Source: Octopus vulgaris
Taxonomy: Eukaryota
Length of the DNA stretch: 64,000 nt
Assembly: GCA_951406725.2 (NCBI GenBank)
Contig: OX597819.1
Coordinates: 81,406,001-81,470,000 of the forward strand
Direction of reading: 5' to 3'
Shown here: piece after piece, positions 13,173 through 25,133 of the stretch
Position numbering within the stretch: position 1 is the first letter of the stretch
Layout of the letters: every line of letters begins with the position of its first letter
Notes under the pieces: generated by a model
What the model saw: only the letters and a program-made list of their open reading frames with translations
What the model was told of the DNA's origin: nothing
The model's database searches: none
Program-made: the position numbers and the translations under genes

Positions 13173-13175
<3 letters not shown>
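12953..13175 (+). mobile_element. (TA)n-flanked element with variant hammerhead (13038-13075)
   Basis: Reverse complement of 2971-3183; reads TCTTT CTGTCGA A GAGC GTAG GCTC GAAA CG TA AAAGA. Confidence 0.7.
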
Positions 13176-13234
<59 letters not shown>

Positions 13235-13619
13235 AATATAGGATAGTGATACAACAATGCACCAATATTTCCAGTAAATATTGGTGCATTGTTGTGCCAC
13301 TATCTTATATTCATACTTTAACCTGATGGTGCTTTGTTTTACTGGGAAGCAATACTACTGTATTGCATTATTTAATAATATTTTCTTTGAATACATATAT
13401 ACATATATACATGGAGACAAAAGTGTGCACACGTGCGTGTGTGTGCGTGTGTGCGTGTGTGTGTATATATATATGTGTACGCGCGCGAGTATGTGAGTGT
13501 GCGCCCGTGTGTGCGGACTGTTGTGTGATTGTACATCTATGCACAAATACACACTCGTATAAGTACTGATGCATACACGCAGATATATGGGCATATACAT
13601 GTGCACAAATATACTGCCA

Positions 13620-13800
13620 CATCTACCGCCCCATCCTACTTCCCCCGCCCCAACCACGTGACCGATTTTCTGTCTACCACACGATCGATTTCCCGTTCAC
13701 CATGCGCTATTTTCTGAGCAATTGTTGTCACTGAAATACCAACACCAAACTATGACACCGCGTGACCTTTCTTGACCAATCGCAGGCTAACGTCCAGTAG
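13620..13800. promoter_or_regulatory. Candidate CpG-rich promoter
   Basis: Two GC boxes CCGCCC (13626, 13645), E-box CACGTG (13655) and CCAAT (13776) in non-repetitive, CpG-retaining sequence. Motif evidence only. Confidence 0.35.
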
Positions 13801-13812
13801 TAAACAGTGACT

Positions 13813-13951
13813 CTCCTCACTCGAACTCTCATTCAAACTCCAACGGCCGAAGACTAGCGACACGCTTGAAACTCAGAGTACCAAGGAGTTTGAATCAAAC
13901 TATTTTGATCCACATATGTGTTTGTGTGTGTGTGTGTGTGTGAGTAAGTGA

Positions 13952-14023
<72 letters not shown>

Positions 14024-14272
14024 ATACAACAGACTTCTTTCCGTTTCCATTCACCAAATCCATAGAAGGAGACACTTTCTCAATTTGCCGCGCAATGGGA
14101 CATAACCCAAGACCACATGGTTCGAAAACAAGCTTCGTGCTTTTAATTCGCCTGATATTGTCTTCTAATACTTGTTCCGATCCACAATATCTAGGAGAAA
14201 GTGTGCGAGACGCTGCGCGGTAACTATATTATCAACTGAACTAATATTCGTATGGAAAGACGTCTGTTGTAT

Positions 14273-14342
<70 letters not shown>

Positions 14343-14459
14343 TCACACACACACATATGTGGATCAAAATAGTTTGATTCAAAGTCCTTGGTACTCTGAG
14401 TTTCAAGCGTGTCGCTAGTCTTCGGCCGTTGGAGTTTGAATGAGAGTTCGAGTGAGGAG
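13813..14459. repeat. Long inverted duplication (arms 13813-14042 and 14254-14459)
   Basis: About 110 bp of unique sequence plus (TG)n plus about 23 bp of flank, repeated in reverse with few mismatches; 211-bp spacer. Confidence 0.9.
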
Positions 14460-14846
14460 TTTGAAGCTTTAAACGTTGCAGTCTTCATTAAATACGGTGT
14501 GACGACATCTATGATGAAAGATAAAAACTGTGTAAGATGTACTGGAAGTATTTGAGTAGCAACCTCGCTTGACCTGGGTATTCAACAGCCACAATATATC
14601 TATTACCATTAATCAATACAAAGTTACAAGATATAACTAATATCTTATCTTCAGTTCAAACCCCGTCGAATAGATGCGATGTTGATTATTCAGGATAACA
14701 TCGAAATTTAAGCTTTTTTTTTTTATTTTGGTGGCGGGAGGTGGGATTGACGATGATCGTGATGATGGTGGTGATTTAGTGAAGGGGATGGCGATGACGA
14801 CGATGATGAAGATTATACTCTCTCTCTCTCTCTCTCTCCCTTTCTC

Positions 14847-15240
14847 TTACTCTTTTACTTGTTGCGGTCAGTTGACTGCGGCTGTACTGGAGCACCGCCT
14901 TTAGTCGAGCAAATCGACCCCAGGACTTATTCTTTAGAAGCCTAGTACTTATTCTATCTGTCTCTTTTACCGAACCGCTAAGTTACGGGGACGTAAACGC
15001 ACCACCATCGGTTGTCAAGCGATGTTGAAGGGGACAAACACAGACACACAAACATATACACACACATACATATATACGATGGGCTTCTTTCAGTTTCCGT
15101 CTACCAAATCCACTCACAAGGCTTTGGTCGGCTCGAGGCTATAGTAGAAGACACTTGCCCAATGTGCCACGCAGTGGGACTGAACCCAGAACCATGTGGT
15201 TAGTAAGCAAGCTACTTACCACACAGCCATTCCTGCGCCT
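14847..15240 (-). mobile_element. SINE family A copy
   Basis: High similarity to 5653-6147 with CpGs retained. Confidence 0.85.
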
Positions 15241-15656
15241 ATAATGATTATGTTGTCAACGACGACGACGATGATGATGATGACGACAATGAGGGTAGTG
15301 ATGACGACGATGACGCCAACTTCTGATATCATTCACGATTTCTTTTATGTCACTCAATACCTTCTGAACAAAAAATCATCAAGAAGGAAATCGAAAGTAA
15401 ATCAAATTAAAAGGTTTTTAAAAATACATATAAGTAGTAATGCTGCTAATAATGTTTTCCAATATTGGCACAAGGCCAGCAATTTCGGGGGAGGAGTAAT
15501 TCGATTACATCGACCCCAGTACTCGACTGGTACTTATTTTATCGACCCCAAAAGGATGAAAAACAAATTCGACACCGGCGGAATTTGAATTCGAAATGCC
15601 TTAAAGCTGCTCATGATAATAGGCGCATGAGGTATGATATTTTATCAAGCGCGTAA

Positions 15657-15712
<56 letters not shown>

Positions 15713-15722
15713 CGTGTGTGCG

Positions 15723-15764
<42 letters not shown>

Positions 15765-16059
15765 TCTGTTTAAACAGATATACTTTCTTATCGATATCAC
15801 ATCTAAGGGAGTTAGGAAATTTTCCTGATTGATTTTGGTTCTTTTGCTGTTAGTATTGTTACAGGTGCTGTAGTGATGCTGTTATTATTGTCACAACTGC
15901 ACCAGCAGTTGTTTGCGTTATTGCTATGGCTACATTTATTGGTGTTGGTGCTGCTGCTGTTGTTCTTGTTCACTTCGCTGTTGTTACAACTGTACGCTGC
16001 AGTTATTGTTGAAGCATTTGTGTCAGCAGTGGTGGGGCATTCTTCTCCCTTGATTTTTT

Positions 16060-16745
16060 TTTCGGGGGAGGATAGAAAGTCCCTAATTGATTTTCAGCAC
16101 AAAAGAAGTGGTATCTTGGCTTTCTTCCCTAAACCGCAAAGCGCAGCTCCACTACATTGGGCAGGAGGATAAAATTCGGGGATCCACGGTGGAGGATCTT
16201 CAGTGTGGTAACAAACCAAAATTCACTCTCGGTTCGTTTTACAGCGAGGAGTGTGTTGCTGCCCTCCAAGGCATCACAAGACATCCACCAGATGTCTAGT
16301 TCTGACGGAACTCGCTATATCTTAAGCGATCGGTTCTTACATGTTGGATAAACTGTGAGATCTCAGTAGCGTATGGGAACTATAGAGTACATCAGAGTGA
16401 GGACTTCTCTAATGAAAAGGTTCTCCATGCTTCTGAACTGCCTTGCCCTGGTCACATTGTATATGTCTGTCTATATATCACCGAAGGCTTTTTCCACATG
16501 GGTATGGCTGCTTCTAGGCGTCAGGTTTTTGATAATATACACAATACAACAGCATTTTCCCAGCAGTTATTGCCAAAACCTCAACTGGAATTGCAACCTG
16601 AGCTTTCATCCTATTTACTTTACAAGTTGTACCGTCTGAATCAGTCGTGCCTCCTTGTTGCTTAGGGAGAGCGAAAAGTAGTTTATTGACCTCGTTGCCA
16701 TTCAAGCCGAAGATTGACTGTTGGTGAAGTCACCCCAATCACATG
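16060..16745 (-). pseudogene. Possible degenerate non-LTR retrotransposon ORF1 (gag-like) remnant
   Basis: Relatively GC-rich block. Minus strand gives KI*RVPSELDIWW...AV*GRKPRYHFF, reminiscent of L1/Tx1 ORF1 upstream of a decayed zinc knuckle; multiple stops. Confidence 0.35.
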
Positions 16746-17093
16746 CTTTGTCGCCGCCATTATTGTTGTAGTAGTTGTTGTTACCGCTGATGTTGTTGCT
16801 ACTGTCGCTCCTCCTTTTTTTTATAGTTATAATTTTTGTTGTTGCAAATCTTGTTAGTGTTGTCATTGTTTTCTCATATTAAAAATTTCTGTTGTGAGAG
16901 AAATATCTCTCAGGACCACGCTTACTTTTCTCCTTTTCACACAGTGAAATAGGGGCCCTTATTTAACAAAATATCCCCCCAAATTTAAAACAAAACAAAG
17001 TATTTCAAATACTTTATTATCATCATCATCATCGTCGTCGTCGTCGTTGTCGTCGTCGTCGTCGTCGTTGTTGTTATTATTATTATTATTATT

Positions 17094-18826
17094 CAGTAGT
17101 CTTTTTATCAGGTACTTTCACTGCACTACCGACCTCAACTCTGTATGGCTTGGGTATGTGCTCTGGTTTGTCGTGATGCTCTTATTTTTACTGTATTGAA
17201 AGCAATTTTACGTAGGATGTGTGCAGTGCCCAGTAGTGCTATTTTCTGAATGTTATATATACTTGTTAATCCTGGTGATTTCGTTATGTATTTGTCTGAA
17301 TATTTTTCTATCATACCTAATGCGTCTACTATGATAGGAATTGTTTCTGTTTTTAGACTCCACATTCGAATTACCTCTATTTACAGGTCTTTGTACTTTG
17401 AAAGCTTCTCCGTTTCTTTTAGAGAAACATTGTCATCTGTTGTTATTGATACGTCGATTAGAAAGCATTTTTTCTTGATGATCTCTGACAACTATATCTG
17501 ACATATTTGCCTTAATTTCTCTGTCTGTGCGTATTGGCATATCCCATAGTATGATTGCGTTCTCATTTTCTGTGACCTTTCCTGGCGTTTGCCTATACCA
17601 TCTTTCTGTTGTTATTCCATAGTGTTGGTATAGTTTTCAGTGTATATAGATCCCAATGCTGTCGTGTCTATTGTTTCTTGTCCACCTTCACATATTCTGC
17701 AGTTACTTGTATTTCTTTTCATTGCGTGCTTTTGGTAATTTCTGGTGGAGAGGCTTTGGTCTTGTGCTACAATTAAAAATTCTTCAGTCTCTGATTTGAG
17801 TCCTGAGCTTCTCAACCATTGTTGGAATTTTGCTTTGTCTATCTATTTTCTGTTTAGTTTAACCCACTATTTTCCATGAATGGGCTTTTCTTGCCATCGC
17901 TTTATCATGATCCGTTGCTGTTCCAGTTTTAATTTGGATTTCAGTTGTTTTAAATTTTTTGTTGTTTCTTCTTTTTCTTCATAGTTGTTAGGTACTATGA
18001 CTTCTTTTTTGTATTTGTCAGCTTCCTTAACTAAAAAATAGTTTTTTTGTCTTGTTCGTGTTTTGTGGCTATTTGTATTAGCTTTCCATGCTTCTGAAGT
18101 AGGTATTTCTGTAGTCCTATGGTGGTTATTTTGTATTAGTTTTCTAGCTGTGTAAGGCCTCTACCAACTTCCATACGTTGTATATATAACCTTTCTATGA
18201 CAGATTTTGGGTGGTGCACCCTAAATCCTATCATTATTTTTCTAGCTTTCCTGTCTATTTTGATTAGTTCATTTAGAGTCCAGTTAAAAATATTGTCGCT
18301 GTAACTTATAACTGGGACGGTTAGAGTGTTGATACTTATTATCTTGTTTTCTGCATTGAGCTCTATTATCAGTCTATAGCATTCTTTTCTCACCTTCTTT
18401 TCCAATTGTGTGTTGTATCGTATCTAGTTCTTTGATTCCTAAGTATTTATATGTCTGGCTTTGGTCTAATTCTCTTATTTCATTTGCTTTGTCTAGTGTG
18501 ATGTTGCTACTCTTAACTAGTTTTCCTCGTTTCAAGGTTGCTTTGGCACATTTTTCTAAACCAAATTTCATGTTTATTTCTTTGGTAAATACATGTATTG
18601 TTTATAGTAATGTTTCCAACTGTTTATCATTTGTAGCATACAGTTTTAGATCATCCATATGTAAGAGATGGCTGACTGATTGTTTTGCCCTAACATCTGT
18701 ATCAACATCCAGTTCTGTTAAGCATGTCAGATAAAGGTGTTAGTGCCAAGCAGAAAAGGAGTGGAGAGTGTGTTTCCCTGGAATATTCCTCTTCTAATGG
18801 GGATGGCTTTGATTTTTGAGTCCTTC
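17094..18826 (-). mobile_element. 5'-truncated R4/Dong-like non-LTR retrotransposon (RT, zinc knuckle, restriction-like endonuclease), degenerate
   Basis: Minus-strand motifs HLLHMDDLKLY (RT), MKFGLEKCAK, YKYLG, LKSETEEFLIVAQDQ, CRIC, ILWDMPIRTDREIKAN, KLSKYKDL, IPIIVDALG, QKIALLGTAHILRK. Frameshifts and stops present; (TTA)n on both sides. Confidence 0.9.
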
Positions 18827-18888
<62 letters not shown>

Positions 18889-19066
18889 CATTATTATTAT
18901 CATTATTATTATCATTATTATTATTATTATTATTATTATTGTTATTATTATTATTATTATCATCATCATCATTATTATTATTATTTTCGTTAGCATCTTC
19001 TTTCCATTCTGTTTCCATTTCTTGCCGAGTGTCTCCATGATAACTAGGGCAATAGTATTATTATTA

Positions 19067-19119
<53 letters not shown>

Positions 19120-19120
19120 G

Positions 19121-19484
19121 TTACCTCCTCCTTAGTGAAGGCAGCAGTATTGTTTTTCAGTCGTGTTTGTTTGTTTGTCCGTGGACAAGATATCTCAAGA
19201 ACCGCTTGACAGATTCGGATGGAACTTTCAGGGATGTTTGGCATCATGACTGGCACGAACTGATTAGATTTTGGAATCGATCCGATACCAGACAAGGATT
19301 CTGGATTATTTTTCATGTTTTCTTACTTAATTTTTGTGAGCGGTCAGGTTTATTTTTAGTATTCTCGTTTGTGAGAGCAGTCGAGTTTATTTCATATATT
19401 CTCATTTTAAAAATCATTTCTGGCAAATCGTTGAGAGGATGTTGGTATTGCCTTAGCGAAGGTTTGCGCTCTCTGAGTGCTCTT
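19121..19484 (+). mobile_element. Helentron-associated non-autonomous element (HINE/DINE-1-like)
   Basis: Starts TTACCTCCTCCTTAG, has a (GTTT)n tract, a subterminal CCTTAGCGAAGG near the 3' end and a terminal hairpin GCGCTC..GAGTGC. Confidence 0.6.
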
Positions 19485-21307
19485 ATGATTATTACTGTTG
19501 TTGTTTCTTGCATACGTACAAGGCCAGAAATTAGATTGATTCAACCCTGATACGTCAATGATACTTTATTTATTAACCTCAGAAGGTTGAAATGCAAAGT
19601 TGACCTCAGTGGGATTTGAATTGAAAGGGTTAAATACAGAATGAAAATACCCAACCAAGTCAGACGCTTTAACAATTCTGCCAATGCACCCCTGTAATCA
19701 GCTTTAATCCTCCTCTGCTCACTATGTCTAGTGTTTCCCAATAGCGTCTGGACAGAAGCAGCAGTCAGCTGTATTATTTGTCTAGCCAATAATTATTACT
19801 GATAGTGATATATAAACAAACCGAGATAGTTTGAGAGTTATGTATGCTTGCGCGTTTGTATACTAGATGCGAACTTCTTCCAAGCAGTTCACATCTAGTA
19901 ATTGGCGACATTTGATAAAAGAAAATAGGACAAGCTCTTATCTGAACACTCCTACGTCGCGAAAAAAACAAAAAAAAACATATCAAACCTTGTCGCTTTC
20001 GTTGCAATGACCTAGCTCGACACAGATAACAGTTAATGCTATTCTACAACAATTTCGATTTTATTTTTGCTGATATTGTTACCTCAACTACGATTTCCTC
20101 CTTGATGTGCATATCTTTTTTCAATGCATGCTTATTTAAAACTAACATTTTTCTTGTGTCTAAAAGAGGTTAATTTGTGTCTATGTTAGAAATCCTTAAT
20201 TTTTGGTTCATATATTTATCAAGTTCAAATGTCTGTTTTGGAACCTTACCCAGATTATAAACACCCCAATCTCAGCTAATATGTTATATAATACTATTAG
20301 GTAAATTCAATTAGCATAAGCCATGTTTTCTAATTTGGTTTACAATCACTTCCATTTGGGACTTTTTCACTCATAGTTCATTAAATTTTCTCGTTTTTGC
20401 GTAAACAGCCAGATTTGTACAATTCTGGATTTCAGTAATTCTGAGAACGTCCTTTGAATAGCTTGTAACTTCTCTTTAAATTCATATTCCTGTTTCGTGT
20501 CTGCGTGTGTGTGTTTATATGTGCTTTGGTAGACGCTCGCTAGTGTATCAAATACAATGCCTTCTGTTATTCGCCCCAGACCTCTTTACACCGAGGTCAA
20601 CTTTGATTTTCATACTAGCAGGGTCGATAAAGAAAGTACCAGTTTGGTAATGGGCTCAGTTCTTTTGTATACTTCTAACCTTGTCACACTCAATTTCCCT
20701 CTAGAAGAGATTGGCTCTGTACACACCTGGAGACGGATTTGAAAATGCCCAAAATATACAAGCGCAGGTATGATGGTGCCGTTAAGAAGGCTGCATTTCA
20801 ACCAAGTGGTTTTGGGTTCAGTCCTACTGTGTGACACCTTAAGCAAGTGTCTTCTCAGATAGTCTCCAACTGACAACTGCTTTGTGAGCGAATTTGGTAG
20901 ACGGAGACTTTGCAGAAAGCATGTGTGTGTGTATTAGGAAAATGAAAAACTCTTTTACGTTTCAAGGTATACTCTCTTCTACAGAAGGGAATAAAAGAAA
21001 ATAAACAGAGCAAGAATGAGTATACATCTATATATAAATATATATATGTGTGTGGGGGGGGGTATGTGTGTGTATGGGGGGTGTATGTGTGTGTGTGTGT
21101 ATGTATTTATATTCACATATATATATACATATATAAAGATAGCTGTAAATGTGCATATATGTGTGCATATGAATATTTATATATATATAAAGCAGTATAT
21201 ATGTGTGTATATGTATATGTGTGTGTATATGTTTATATATATGGGTAGGTGTGTGCATATATATGTGTGTATATATCTATATATATATATGTGTGTGTGT
21301 ATATATC

Positions 21308-21340
<33 letters not shown>

Positions 21341-22474
21341 ATTTGTATGTATGTATGTACATATACGTATATATCAAGGCAAAAAATACCACCTTTTCAA
21401 AATTATTTCATCAAAATCCTTATCCTGTTTTCATTATTTTTATTTTTATTATTACTCTTATTGTTACTCTCAATAGCAGCATTATTGATTCTTTTTCTTC
21501 TCTGTCCTTTTATTCTCCTCCATCTCCTCTTCCTCCTTCTTGTTATCATCATATTTGTCATCATCTGTGTCATTTGTATTTTTTTATCATCATATCATTA
21601 TTGTCATCGCCATTATAATTGTTGTTGTTGCTTCATCATCATCATCATCATCATTCTCTCTTTATTGCAAACGAACTTTACTCAATTTGAATTTTTTTTT
21701 ATTTTTTTTTTTTGTTAAATTAATCGTCCTTACTCTATTTCAATCAACAATGAGAATCTTCATGAAAATGAAAGCAGTTCATTGCTTATTGTTAATGTTC
21801 TCTCACTAAATCACATCTTGACACATTCATCTTCAGATTGGAACCATTTACAGTAACACATCAAAGCCATCTGCTTTGTTATTAAACCATTCAAATATTT
21901 CTTTTTTCTTTTTTTTTTACTCCATCACACTATCTTTATATTTTTCCTTCTAGCTTTCTTTTTGCCATACTTACTCCACCCTTGCACTGATTCTTTCCAT
22001 TTTGTTTTTCGTTCTTCTTTTTCTTATATTTGTCCAAGTGAAACCCGTTTTCCTTGATGGGAATCAAAATGAATACTGCACCATGTTGTTTCGGTTTATT
22101 TTCCAATGAATAATATCTGTTGCTTATTTCACCTGTCATTTTCGTAATAAATTAGTATGAATTTAATTAAACAGCTGTCAATCGGGTCTAGGAAGGTAAT
22201 TTGTGTTGAACAGTAAATATCCAGAAAGCTGCCAAGATCATTTTCTCTGTCTTCAATACGAATTTTTGTAAATATTTCTGTAGCAAACAAGTAAATTCAT
22301 TCATTTTTATAACTGTTAATAGATTTGAAGGGTGATTAATAATAAAAATGGTAAAGAGCCAGAGAAAATAGTTTAGAGTACTTTGTAGTGTTCTTCTATT
22401 TATGTACTGAGTTAGAATTCTTACTGAAGTTGACTTTTCCCCTTCATCTTTCCAGAGTTGATAAAATAAATTTC

Positions 22475-22639
22475 AGGTGCAGGTGTGGCTATGTGGTAAG
22501 AAAGTTGCTTCCCAAACACATGGTTCTGGATTCAGAACCATGCATGGTACCTTGAGCAAGAGTCTTCTGCTACAGCCTTGGGCCAACCAAGACCTTGACA
22601 GTGGATTTTGTAGAGAGAAACTGAAAGAAACTTGTTGTA

Positions 22640-22691
<52 letters not shown>

Positions 22692-22921
22692 AGTGTGTGT
22701 GTGTGTGTGTGTGCCTTTGTGCCTGTGTTTGTGTGTTTCCACCACCACCACTTGACAACTGGTGTTAGTATGTTTGCATCCCCATAACTTAGCAGTTCAG
22801 CATAAGAGATCGATAGAATAAGTATCAGGCTTAAAATTAAATACTGGGGTCGATTCATTTGACTTGAATTTTAAGGCAGTGCCCCAGCATGGCTGCTCTC
22901 TAATGACTGAAGTGAGTAAAA
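22475..22921 (+). mobile_element. SINE family A copy (CpG-decayed)
   Basis: Same organisation as 5653-6147 in reverse; core reads CTTAGCAGTTCAGCA. Confidence 0.8.
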
Positions 22922-23481
22922 AATAAATTAAATATTGGATTGACTAAGTTGGTTGCCCCTTTCTCCCACCAAAACAAAATGTTAGAAATTATCATTATTA
23001 GAGACTTAAATTTTACTGGGACAATTTCGTAGGCTTGTAACTCAATACACTAAGAGGCAAGTCAACGCTGCCCAATGTCTTTTAAATGAGCTCAGGTCAG
23101 GAGCAGACCAGACTTTCGGCTTGATAGCAAATTAATAAGCAAGGTTTCACCCACAAATGGATATTTTCACCCATAAATGGACAGTTTCATCCACAAATGG
23201 ACTGAGGGCTGAAAATGGACTTGAAACATCTGGTATAGGTAGTGAGTATATACATCATCTCCTTTATTGATCATCTCATGACTGCTAGTTCTCTGCCAAG
23301 GTTTGCATTTGATTAGATTGCAGCATCTTCTCTTTTACTTCTTGTGAAAGGAATAAGTTCTATTTGTCAAAAGGATTCATTATGCCATGACTAATAATGT
23401 GCAGACATGTGCCCTGGCACATATCAAGCAAAAGATGGCTTACATCTGGAACGTTGTCAGATGCTCACCACTCTCTCCTCA

Positions 23482-23530
<49 letters not shown>

Positions 23531-23643
23531 ATATATGTATATATATATATATATATAGGATCATCATCATCATCGTTTAACATCCATTTTTCGTCCAACC
23601 CGTGCTAGCATGGAAAACGGACATTAAACGATGATGATGATGA

Positions 23644-23685
<42 letters not shown>

Positions 23686-25084
23686 ATAGATAGATATATA
23701 CACACACACATATATACACATACACACACACACACACACACATATATATATGATTAGCTTTTCAGTTTCCATTCACTAAATTCACTTATAAGTCTTTGGT
23801 TGGCCCAGGACAATAGTAGAAGACACTTGGACACTTGACCAAGATGCCACACATAGAGACTGACCCCAAGACCATATGGTTAGGAAGCAAATTTCTTAAC
23901 CATACAACTACGTCTGTGCCTATAATGTGGGGTGTGCCAGTCAAATACTGAGATCAGTATTATTGACTACACACTCACACAGAATGTATGCCTTTATAAC
24001 CATTTCAAAAAATCAAAATTGGGGCAACAGATGGTGAAATAGAACAGAGTGCATGACAAAATACCTTGAAATATTTAATCACATTTTTGTTACATACAAA
24101 AGAATCAATATCAGATTAAAACAACCATCTGTGTATCATACTTAATGTAAACGCATCATTGAAAGGCAAATTTACTGTGGTATTTGTCTATCTCTTATAG
24201 ACATGATGTATTTAAAACACAATATATATATACATAATGGAGAGTAACAGAAATCATCCAGAAGTGGCTTGCAAAGATGCAAATGCATTTCTGCTCCATT
24301 GGGCATTATCAATGCAATCTACTAAAAATTTTGTATTTATTTACATTCAGTGTTCAAAATCCTGCTGGATCAAATTTACTTTCATCACTTGAATTGAATT
24401 TATACTGAATTAGTGTATCAAATATAGTTTAGTGTTAAAGATATGTGCCTTGATCTAACATAAGAAAAACTTTGATTATTATAAAATTATAATTTAAATA
24501 TTTCCATATTGCTGGAATAATATATTTATTACTTTGATCTAGAAGAAATCCAGGTAAAATCGCTAAAATTTTTCATTACCGTCTTGCTTCAAATTTGAAT
24601 CTTTTAACTGCTTCATTTTTAAGACACCTAAAAAGAAGTGTGTGTGTGTGTGTGTTCAGATCACAATTGTAGCACAAAGATAAACAATTATTAACTTTGG
24701 ATTATGCAAGTCAGAAGAAAAATAAAGGAGAGTGAGAAAGCGAAAAAAGAGACAGAGACAGACAAATAATATATGCATAATTCTAAAGGTACAAAATATA
24801 TTTCATCATGCATGTATGCATGTATGTGTATATCTATATGTATGAATACATTTATGCATGTTTGTATGAATACATGTAAGTATATATGTACATACATAAG
24901 AAGAGACAGGATGAAGAGAAAAGAGATAAAAGGAGATTATTGTTGAATATGCAGATATGTGTATGCTGATATGAAGGAGGGATGGGAGTGGGTATATGAG
25001 AACTTTACATATTGATATATATATACATATGAGTACGTGTGTGTATGTATACATATATATAACATATATGATATGTATACAAAT

Positions 25085-25133
<49 letters not shown>

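Noticed and set aside
14613-14658. Weak HHR-like hits (also 9336-9395, 26233-26265, 36390-36426, 57146-57175)
   Set aside because: CTGANGA, usually with a stem II, but GAAA or stem I is missing; not distinguishable from chance by eye.
21936-22139. Minus-strand 67-aa ORF with a GTAAGT donor-like site
   Set aside because: Lys/Asn-rich product of a T-rich tract, no recognisable homology and no partner exon found.
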